Of a DNA stretch of 64,000 nt, positions 56,368 to 64,000 are shown one piece after another. Every line of letters starts with the position of its first letter. The stretch's first letter is position 1. The notes beneath the pieces were generated by a model, which saw only the letters and a program-made list of their open reading frames with translations, made no database searches and was not told where the DNA came from. The DNA is taken from positions 1-64,000 of the IMG/VR virus record IMGVR_UViG_3300023184_000026, one strand, 5' to 3'. The position numbers and the translations under genes are program-made.

Positions 56368-58587
56368 ATGATTATCACACAAGAAAAATCCTCACCAGTC
56401 ATCAGCAATATTCTTTCTGCGCCGACTCGTTTCAAGATCAAGGCGTCTGCCAAGGCGTTCAAGATTTTGTCTGGTTTTTATAGCGAACCAATTCTCGCCA
56501 TTCCACGTGAACTTGGTGCCAATGCGTGGGACAGTCATGTCAAGGCCAAGAACACCGACAAGATGTTTGAGGTTCATGCACCCAACACACTGGAGCCCTG
56601 GTTCAGTGTTCGTGACTTTGGCACTGGTTTGACCCCAGAAGCTATTGACACTATCTATACTACATATTTTGAGTCCACAAAGACTGCTGATAATGATAGT
56701 GATGGTTGCATGGGACTGGGTAGCAAGACTCCGTTCAATTATACCGACAATTTCAATGTAACTTCTTTCTATAAGGGTAAGAAGCATGTTTACAACTGCT
56801 TTATTGATGAGTCTGGTTCGCCCAGCATTCTGCATGTTGTTACACAAGATTCTAATGAACATAATGGTGTAGAAATCAAGTTTGGTGTTAAGATTGGTGA
56901 TATTAGTATGTGGGTAGACAAGATTGTTCGTGCATATGAACCGTTTCGTTATCGTCCAACCATTGTTGGTGCCAATCTTGAATATAAGCCGCGTGAATAT
57001 ATCTATACTGGAAAGAGTTGGTCTATGCGCAAGAATGATGGCGGCTATTATAACCGTGGATGCAATGCGTTCATGGGCAACTATTGCTATCCTATCAACA
57101 CCAGTGCTTTGCGCAATGCTTTGCGCAATGTTCCCAATAACGATGCTTACAATATTGAACAAGCGTTGAACTATGGCAACTTTGACTTTTTCTTTGATAT
57201 TGGTGAACTGGAAGTTGCGCCCAATAAAGAACAGCTTCAGTATGAAGACAACAATGCTACTACGCTTGCTATTATTTCTGTACTACGAACTGCTGTGGCT
57301 GAACTAAAAGATATGGTTTATAAGAGCATTGAAACTCCCAAGAGTCGTTGGGAAGCTATGCATCTATACGCCAAATATAATGGCTACCAAAGTCAATATA
57401 GCCATATTCGTAATATCATTGGTGATATTCCAATCAAGTATAATGGATTGAATGTAACTCATGGCAGTGAAAATATCAATACTGTTCATAAAGCAACTGG
57501 AGCATTTGACTCAACAACCAATGTTGTTAGTGTATTTACGGTGTATATGCTTGATAGCGTCACTGGTCGTTTCAAGCGCACTTCAAATTATAGTACGTAT
57601 TCTGAAAACCGTGGTGTAGATATTTTTTATACAAATCTTTCCGCAATCAAGAGTGCTCGGCTGCGATATCACTTGCGTACAAAGTATGCTACTGGAGTAT
57701 TTCCGACTTGCTATATCATCACCGATGAATCCAAGAACAATGATACATTCAATAAGCATATGAATTATTTTGGTTGGAACAAAAATATTGTCACCAATAT
57801 TGAGTCTCTGCCCAAACCTCCGCCAACACCGCGTCAAAAAAAGACCGCTGGTACTGACGAAATTTTCTATGCAGATATCAGTGAGTTTATCAAGCCAACA
57901 AAGAAGCACCATAATGGAGCATATGTTTATTTTGGTAAAAAAGCCGCTACATTTGATTCTGCTGGTACATATTATTATGTTGATTTCTTTTATGCCGATC
58001 CTGTTTGGAACAATGGTAAGAATATTGAAGATCATATGTCTGAAGCTGTAAAATTGTTTGTAGACAACAAGCTCAATGGTTCTGAAACCATTATTTATGG
58101 CATCAATGTAAAGAACAAAAACTTGCTCAAGATTGGCAAATGGATCAATATTTTTGATGTTGTAAAGAAAGTTGTGCATGCTGACAAAGCCAAACATGAA
58201 CAAGATTTGTATCGCATGCAAAGTCGTGCTAAGTTTGAAACAGTCAGCGGTATTTATAACAAACTTACTCGCTGCCCGCAAATCGTGAGCAATATTACAA
58301 ACATTGACACTCGCAAAAAGTTCCAAACATTTGTAAAATCTTATAGCGAACTGCTCAAAGATAGTTCCAACAATGTCAAGTTTTTAGAATTGTTTGACAT
58401 CAGAGCAAATAAACATACCGAGTTGGATATTGATCCAACTGAGTTCAAGAAAATGTTGACTGAAAAGTATCTTGGTGTGTTCGATATTGGAGAACACTAC
58501 TCCACAGTTTCTGCACCGATTTATAAAATCATCAACTTTATTGACGAAAATTTTATTGACGAAAATTTTATTGACGAAAATAGCTAA
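56368..58587 (+). CDS. rIIA: rIIA-like protein (GHKL/Hsp90-like N-terminal ATPase fold)
   Basis: FKIKASAKAFKIL..FYS..ILAIPREL..NAWDSH, VRDFGTGL, GLGSKTPF.Y. Confidence 0.8.
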   Translation: MIITQEKSSPVISNILSAPTRFKIKASAKAFKILSGFYSEPILAIPRELGANAWDSHVKAKNTDKMFEVHAPNTLEPWFSVRDFGTGLTPEAIDTIYTTYFESTKTADNDSDGCMGLGSKTPFNYTDNFNVTSFYKGKKHVYNCFIDESGSPSILHVVTQDSNEHNGVEIKFGVKIGDISMWVDKIVRAYEPFRYRPTIVGANLEYKPREYIYTGKSWSMRKNDGGYYNRGCNAFMGNYCYPINTSALRNALRNVPNNDAYNIEQALNYGNFDFFFDIGELEVAPNKEQLQYEDNNATTLAIISVLRTAVAELKDMVYKSIETPKSRWEAMHLYAKYNGYQSQYSHIRNIIGDIPIKYNGLNVTHGSENINTVHKATGAFDSTTNVVSVFTVYMLDSVTGRFKRTSNYSTYSENRGVDIFYTNLSAIKSARLRYHLRTKYATGVFPTCYIITDESKNNDTFNKHMNYFGWNKNIVTNIESLPKPPPTPRQKKTAGTDEIFYADISEFIKPTKKHHNGAYVYFGKKAATFDSAGTYYYVDFFYADPVWNNGKNIEDHMSEAVKLFVDNKLNGSETIIYGINVKNKNLLKIGKWINIFDVVKKVVHADKAKHEQDLYRMQSRAKFETVSGIYNKLTRCPQIVSNITNIDTRKKFQTFVKSYSELLKDSSNNVKFLELFDIRANKHTELDIDPTEFKKMLTEKYLGVFDIGEHYSTVSAPIYKIINFIDENFIDENFIDENS
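58537..58581 (+). repeat. 15-nt perfect tandem repeat x3 encoding FIDEN at the rIIA C-terminus
   Basis: TTTATTGACGAAAAT x3. Confidence 0.95.
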
Positions 58588-58593
58588 AATATA

Positions 58594-58622
58594 TTGACAT
58601 TAATAAATAATCCACATAATAT
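58594..58622 (+). promoter_or_regulatory. Sigma70-type promoter of rIIB
   Basis: TTGACA-N17-TAATAT. Confidence 0.6.
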
Positions 58623-58657
58623 AGCATCATTGAATAGATTAACTAATAAAAAATAAT

Positions 58658-59881
58658 ATGAGTAACACACAAAACAGCATTCCGTATGTCATCAAGACCA
58701 ACGGCTCCGTCACGCTCTATCTAAAGAACGAGTGTTTGACTGTGGCACCAGACCACCCCAACTATAATAAAATCATTGACAGCATCAAAGCAGGAGATTT
58801 CAACAAAATTGAAAATCTTGTCAATGTTGCCAAGGCTGTATCTCAATACACTGGCAATCGTGTAAAGATTGAGAATGGTCAAATCTTGTATGGTGGTTTT
58901 GTTGTTCATAATACCCTAACCGACCGCATCATCAAAATGATGAGCGAAGGTTTCAAGTTTGATCATATGGTCAAGTTCCTTGAAAATCTTATGCAGAATC
59001 CTTCTGCTCGCGGCGTGAGTGAAACCTATTGGTTCCTTGAGAACTATGGTCTTCCTATCACAGACGATGGTTGCTTTTTGGCATATAAAGCGGTTCGCAG
59101 CGATTATACCGATATTTACTCCGGTAAGTTCTTGAATAGCGTTGGTTCGGTTGTTTCTATGCCTCGCAATATGGTTGATGACAACTATGGTATTGATTGC
59201 AGCAAGGGTCTGCATGTTGGTGCTCTTGATTATGTCGTTGGTTATGGTCACTTTGTCAAGGGCGAAGTCCGTTCTGCGAACGGAAACCGTTTGTTGATCG
59301 TCAAGGTCAACCCCAAGGATGTTGTGAGCGTTCCGAAATACGAGGGTCACACCAAGATGCGTGTGTGTGAATATACCGTTGCATCCGAAATCCTTGATGT
59401 TGTCAAGGAGTTGGACAAGGTTGTTTATACAAGCAACGCCGAAGAGATCAATACCGATTGGGATTATAATCAAGAACCCACCGATGGTGCATGTGAAGAT
59501 GATTACTCTTGTGACAGCAAATCTTCAACCACATCAAAGGTTGACACAACCTCGCCATGGAATGCGGAAGCTTATAGCGAAGGTTATGAACTTGGTGAGT
59601 CTGACCTCAACGGCGACATGCAATATGGAACCAGTCGTGATTATAGCCGAGAAAACTCTTATCGTATTGGTTATAATGACGGTTATAATCAACGTACAAA
59701 CCAAGCCGATTCGGATATTCCGGACGACGAACATGCAGACGATGATGAATATACTGATGGTTATATTCAAGGAGAACACGATGCCAGATATGATCTTCCA
59801 TATCAGACCAATCTAACCACCGATGCCAGCGATGAGCATCGTGATGGTTATTCGGATGGATTCAACGATCACGTGCGATAA
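58658..59881 (+). CDS. rIIB: rIIB-like protein with an acidic YxxGY repeat tail
   Basis: FLENL..NPS, ITDDGCFLAYKAV..DY.D, CSKGLHVG..DY, VKVNPKDVVSVP, KMRVCEY.V. Follows rIIA. Confidence 0.85.
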   Translation: MSNTQNSIPYVIKTNGSVTLYLKNECLTVAPDHPNYNKIIDSIKAGDFNKIENLVNVAKAVSQYTGNRVKIENGQILYGGFVVHNTLTDRIIKMMSEGFKFDHMVKFLENLMQNPSARGVSETYWFLENYGLPITDDGCFLAYKAVRSDYTDIYSGKFLNSVGSVVSMPRNMVDDNYGIDCSKGLHVGALDYVVGYGHFVKGEVRSANGNRLLIVKVNPKDVVSVPKYEGHTKMRVCEYTVASEILDVVKELDKVVYTSNAEEINTDWDYNQEPTDGACEDDYSCDSKSSTTSKVDTTSPWNAEAYSEGYELGESDLNGDMQYGTSRDYSRENSYRIGYNDGYNQRTNQADSDIPDDEHADDDEYTDGYIQGEHDARYDLPYQTNLTTDASDEHRDGYSDGFNDHVR

Positions 59882-59929
59882 AAAGTTTGCCAGAAATAAA
59901 ATAAATAAATCAACTAACTAATAAAATAT

Positions 59930-60301
59930 ATGTCAAATAAAACAAATAAGACAAGTAAGAAAAACTCGTTCATCATTGAATGGCCCACAAGCCACTTTAC
60001 AATCGAGGACATTCAAGGTAAGTATCCAGATGCAGTCAATATCACCCTTCGCTTTCGTGTAAAGCAGGCTGTTGAAAACAAAGATGTTATGGTCATTGGC
60101 AAAATCAAACCCGCCATTGGTCGCCCAAAGCTTGTATTCTCTCGTGCAAATCCCAGCAAGGAATTGCTTGAATCCGCAAAAGCTGCTGGTGTTATTGCCG
60201 CCAGCGATACGCTGACAACGGTTTCGGTTGCTGAAGTGACGACCGACAATAAGAACAAATCTGTGGTTCAACCCGCGAGCGAAACTGCCCACGTGAGTTA
60301 A
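59930..60301 (+). CDS. Hypothetical protein, possible winged-helix DNA-binding protein
   Basis: IEWP.SHFTI.D...ITLRFRV...IG......GRPKLVF. Confidence 0.55.
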   Translation: MSNKTNKTSKKNSFIIEWPTSHFTIEDIQGKYPDAVNITLRFRVKQAVENKDVMVIGKIKPAIGRPKLVFSRANPSKELLESAKAAGVIAASDTLTTVSVAEVTTDNKNKSVVQPASETAHVS

Positions 60302-60322
60302 TAGATCAACGACGATCGTGTG

Positions 60323-60357
60323 AAAAATCCGCCGAGTTAAAAGCTCGGCGGATTTTC
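60323..60357. terminator. Bidirectional intrinsic terminator
   Basis: AAAAATCCGCCGAG-ttaaaag-CTCGGCGGATTTT. Confidence 0.85.
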
Positions 60358-60368
60358 TATTTATATAT

Positions 60369-61025
60369 ATGAGCGCAAAAATATTAAGATTCAAACAGCC
60401 TACTTCTATAAATGATACTGTATTTTTCATTTTTGAAGTAATAAAAAATACTACATTTGCAATGTATGACTCTGGTATGGGAGATCCTATAAAGTACGGC
60501 AGTATCGCGATAATTTTGGGAAAATTGAATGAAGAAATAAAAAAAGTAAAAGAGAATAAACGAAAAAAATTTAAAGTGTATTGGATGATAAAAGATGCAT
60601 CCAACGGTTGGAAAGAACATATGCAGCCACCAGCCGGATATTTGCGCGGAGGTATTGTAGATGCAATAAATAATTCCGACGACAACTCGGTCCATGTAAA
60701 ATTATCAGCCCCAAGAGGATTCCCAAAATCGGCTATGGATCAAATTTATTGGTTCTCTCTTGGACCAACCGGAAAAAATCTGCATTTTTTGTATGATTCA
60801 CACATGGGATCTTCTTTATGGGGAGAAAATAGGCAAAAGATATTTGCATTTTTAAGAGAAATGGATGAACAAGTTAGATCCAACAAACGTGAAAAATATA
60901 TATTATGGTGTTTTGATAGAAAAAATGAAAATGAAATTTGGAAAAAAACAGCATTAAAATATCTTCCAAAATTTGATATAGACTCCACAAAAAAAACCAA
61001 GATCGTTGAAGAAAGTAAAAAATAA
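60369..61025 (+). CDS. Hypothetical protein
   Basis: 218-aa ORF with ATG, preceded by TATTTATA. Confidence 0.55.
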   Translation: MSAKILRFKQPTSINDTVFFIFEVIKNTTFAMYDSGMGDPIKYGSIAIILGKLNEEIKKVKENKRKKFKVYWMIKDASNGWKEHMQPPAGYLRGGIVDAINNSDDNSVHVKLSAPRGFPKSAMDQIYWFSLGPTGKNLHFLYDSHMGSSLWGENRQKIFAFLREMDEQVRSNKREKYILWCFDRKNENEIWKKTALKYLPKFDIDSTKKTKIVEESKK

Positions 61026-61085
61026 CACATCAAAACGAAAAAGGCTGGCCAATATACATTTTAAGCATATAATTGTTTCAGAATT

Positions 61086-61295
61086 ATGTATACCGATATT
61101 GTGGAAATTATCAAAAGCTGGTCAACAATTGTTCAGTTTATTTTCTTTTCAATTGTTGTATTTGCAATTTTGGCAATCGTGGGGATGATTGTTCATTCAT
61201 TGGCCGAGTTTTTTAATAAAACATTAATTGAACTTGTGAATAACAGACAATCTAACAAAATTCAAAAAACGAAGATTTTCAAAAGTTATGATTAA
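61086..61295 (+). CDS. Small membrane protein
   Basis: One long hydrophobic segment (IVQFIFFSIVVFAILAIVGMIV). Confidence 0.5.
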   Translation: MYTDIVEIIKSWSTIVQFIFFSIVVFAILAIVGMIVHSLAEFFNKTLIELVNNRQSNKIQKTKIFKSYD

Positions 61296-61551
61296 GATAT
61301 ATGTCAATCATGATGAAATATGTATGGGAAGATATTTCTCTGGGTCAGACCATAAACCAAGTATTCTTTGTGGAAACTGCAATCTATCATTTAGAATTGA
61401 GCATTTATTCAAAACTTCAAATGAAAAGCGTAGAGCCATAAATTGTCCACATTGTGGTAAATGGAACAAATTGACACAACTATATCAGTTTGATGGTGAT
61501 ATATACGAATTTTTTGATGACAAAGTGATAATTATAAGCACGCACATATGA
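61288..61551 (+). CDS. Small Zn-ribbon protein
   Basis: Two CxxC pairs (CGNC, CPHC). Confidence 0.55.
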   Translation: MIKIYVNHDEICMGRYFSGSDHKPSILCGNCNLSFRIEHLFKTSNEKRRAINCPHCGKWNKLTQLYQFDGDIYEFFDDKVIIISTHI

Positions 61552-62198
61552 GTCTTATAATAAACAAAGCACCCCCACCAGACGGAAATCCAGAAGGTAT
61601 ATTAAATGCTCCATTAAATGCGTTATTCTTTAAAACTGGTTCTTTTTATAAGATTAACAATTCTGGCTCAGATGCTATTGGATGGGACGACGTTTATTTC
61701 TCCTATTTTTATGGACCATTTTCAATGCGCACAGCACAAGATATTGAATTGCTGGAAAACATAGAGTTGGGAACATACTTGTATGTAAAGACCACAGAGC
61801 AAGTTTATAATACAGGATGGAAACTATTGAGTAAAAAAAGCCCATTTTATCCTCAATTTAGTCCAACTCCAACAACAACGCCCACGGCAACTGTTACTCC
61901 AACTGTTACTCCAACTGTTACTGCAACATTCGTACTAACGCAAACACCAACTACGTCTCCTTCATTAACAGTAACAACGTCCATTACGCCAACAAATACT
62001 CCTACGCACACGCCTACCAGGACAATGACGGCAACCCCGACGACAACTTCGACTCAACTAAATCTATACACCGCCACTCCCACTCCAACCGCATTTCCTA
62101 CCAGAACTCCGACTCAAACAATTACAAAAACGCCAACAATAACCCCAACCAAATCCATCACGCCAACAGTCACGCCGACAATCACGGGGTCTGTATAA
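61548..62198 (+). CDS. Protein with a C-terminal Thr/Pro-rich (mucin-like) stalk
   Basis: About 100 C-terminal residues of PTPTTTPTATVTPT-type sequence. Confidence 0.65.
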   Translation: MSLIINKAPPPDGNPEGILNAPLNALFFKTGSFYKINNSGSDAIGWDDVYFSYFYGPFSMRTAQDIELLENIELGTYLYVKTTEQVYNTGWKLLSKKSPFYPQFSPTPTTTPTATVTPTVTPTVTATFVLTQTPTTSPSLTVTTSITPTNTPTHTPTRTMTATPTTTSTQLNLYTATPTPTAFPTRTPTQTITKTPTITPTKSITPTVTPTITGSV

Positions 62199-62209
62199 TT
62201 TTTAAATAT

Positions 62210-62974
62210 ATGATAAAATGGTTACAACAGATATCTGATGATATATCACATGAAGTTTCTATATTGATTCCAACATATAATAATGTGCAATTTTTGGAAG
62301 AGTGCATACATTCAATAGTTTCATCATCAAACAAATGTTGCAAATATGAAATATTACTTGGTATAGACAACTGCTACAAAACTCTTCAGCTAATTGATGC
62401 AAACACATTGTTTAAAAATAAGAATATAAAAATATATTATTTTCCAAAGAATGTTGGACCTTATATAATTCGTAATTCTCTTGCCAACAAAGCAAAACAT
62501 GATAATCTTCTATTTTTCGATTCTGATGATATCATGATGGCCAATACAATACAAACATTGATGGAAAATTTTGAGGGCAAAGAATTGCTTAAATTCAAAT
62601 TTTATAATTTTGAAAATAAGAATGGATATAAAACTCAAGATAAACTATCATTATCCGAGATATATGCCCACGCATCATTCTTGATAAAAAAGAATAAGTT
62701 TTACAAAATGAATGGATTTTTTGGATGGAAATGTGGAGCAGATGCCGAGTTTGCAGAAAGATACGAAGGGCAAGGCAATAATATCCAACATATGGATGTT
62801 CCACTCTTTTATAGAAGATATCATAATAATAATATTACAAGACTGCCAGAAACAGGACTAAATTCCAAGTTGAGAAGCAGATATGGAAAAATCATAATTG
62901 AAAACCGAATAAACCAGAAATGGAAAAACCCAAACAAACCAGAATTATTTGCTTCAAATTTAATAATTGTATGA
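62210..62974 (+). CDS. GT2-family glycosyltransferase
   Basis: VSILIPTYN...FLEECI.SI, GIDN, RN.L...A, LLFFDSDD, CGADAEF. Confidence 0.85.
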   Translation: MIKWLQQISDDISHEVSILIPTYNNVQFLEECIHSIVSSSNKCCKYEILLGIDNCYKTLQLIDANTLFKNKNIKIYYFPKNVGPYIIRNSLANKAKHDNLLFFDSDDIMMANTIQTLMENFEGKELLKFKFYNFENKNGYKTQDKLSLSEIYAHASFLIKKNKFYKMNGFFGWKCGADAEFAERYEGQGNNIQHMDVPLFYRRYHNNNITRLPETGLNSKLRSRYGKIIIENRINQKWKNPNKPELFASNLIIV

Positions 62975-64000
62975 ATGATTACGAATTGAATGAAGATATG
63001 CATCAATATCCTATTCGACCAAATTTGGAATTGGATTTGTGCAGTCAAATCTCTGAAGAGGATATCACTGTAATTTTACCAACAATGAACCCACCGACGG
63101 ATAATATTCACAGTTTTAGTAAAGAAAAAGATATGGCGATCATTACATGTTATTTTAATTGGTGTGGATTTATGAATCCAACGAGAAATTTTCACCGATT
63201 TTTGCGAGAAATGAAAAAGAATGATATACCAGTGTTTGGAGTGGAATTGTCAATAACAGACAATTTTGAAACAACCGGAATGTGCGGATGGTCACAACTC
63301 AAAGTTAAGAGAGAGAATGTGTGTTTTCAAAAAGAAGCATGTCTAAATTTGGTTGAAAAGAAAGTACCTGAACAATATACAAAAATTGCTTGGATTGATT
63401 GCGACTTGATATTCTTGAATGACAATTGGTATCACCAAGCATCCAAAAAATTGGATAAACACAAGCTAATACAATTATATACCCATGGATATAATACAGA
63501 CAAGTATGGTAGAACAGTGTTAGAATTTCCAAGTATCATGTATATGCGTGATAGAGTTCCGCACAGCGAGTGGGTAAAACATTCTGGTTATCCCGGTGGT
63601 GCATGGGCAGCAAGAAGAGAGTTGTGGAAACATGGTGGGTTATATCCATACGCTGTTATGGGAGGAGGAGACACTGTGTTTATATACTCAATGTATGATC
63701 ACAGTTTTGAAAAAAGTGCACATGAAAACATCGGAATAAAAAAGAACGCGGAGTCCAGTATCTATACGAGTTGGAAGAAGTCGGTTAATTCTTACGTTGG
63801 GAGAGATATTTCTTACATAGAAAACAAGTTTTTGCACGAATGGCACGGTGACAAGAAAAATCGTAATTATATAGATCGACACACAATTCTAAAGAATATT
63901 GATATAAAAAAGCAAGTTAAACTCAATGCTCGTGGTATAATAGAATTTTATAACATTACCGATTCCACTATTTACGATGAAATTTATAATTATTTTCTGG
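62971..64000 (+). CDS. GT-A fold glycosyltransferase-like protein, 3'-truncated by the window
   Basis: Open frame from ATG 62971 (ATGA overlap) to the window end. FQKEACLN, IAWIDCDL.F.N.NW, GGAWAARRE, MGGGD, LHEWHG. Confidence 0.65.
   Translation, partial: MNDYELNEDMHQYPIRPNLELDLCSQISEEDITVILPTMNPPTDNIHSFSKEKDMAIITCYFNWCGFMNPTRNFHRFLREMKKNDIPVFGVELSITDNFETTGMCGWSQLKVKRENVCFQKEACLNLVEKKVPEQYTKIAWIDCDLIFLNDNWYHQASKKLDKHKLIQLYTHGYNTDKYGRTVLEFPSIMYMRDRVPHSEWVKHSGYPGGAWAARRELWKHGGLYPYAVMGGGDTVFIYSMYDHSFEKSAHENIGIKKNAESSIYTSWKKSVNSYVGRDISYIENKFLHEWHGDKKNRNYIDRHTILKNIDIKKQVKLNARGIIEFYNITDSTIYDEIYNYFL

Noticed and set aside
53707-59801. Long antisense ORFs over AAA, rIIA and rIIB (e.g. 56392..57162, 57583..58326, 58916..59473)
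   Set aside because: They lie opposite well-supported genes, show no recognisable motifs, and are best explained by codon bias on the coding strand.
1-64000. Stop-codon reassignment, tRNA or rRNA genes
   Set aside because: Core genes are full length in the standard code, and no cloverleaf or rRNA-like segment was recognised by eye. A tRNAscan run would be needed to exclude tRNAs formally.

Overview
This is a 64-kb slice of a large, AT-rich myovirus-type (contractile-tail) phage genome, almost entirely on the + strand. Order: tail-fibre/receptor-binding locus (Pro-free Gly-X-Y fibres, repeat propellers, glycosyltransferase cassette); tail sheath; a block of proteins sharing an N-terminal 'L..LI.E' leader; tail tube; tail chaperone, tape measure and baseplate; replication/recombination genes (short PolA-like, SSB, RecA, 5'-3' exonuclease, DnaB-like helicase); class I RNR; MoxR AAA + vWA; rIIA/rIIB; glycosyltransferases. 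Two genes are fractured next to their Walker A motif by a free-standing endonuclease gene. The helicase halves carry an atypically split intein. The MoxR ATPase halves carry no intein or intron; they end and begin with charge-complementary peptides (net -7 / +7) that may form a non-covalent rejoining module, which is the best candidate here for an undescribed system. Other candidates: a +1 frameshift in the tail chaperone, perfect 63-nt repeats in the tape measure, an antisense secreted EF-hand moron, a lipoprotein with unimolecular-spanin topology, and a structured leader upstream of ssb. All product names come from motif recognition by eye; no database search was run.
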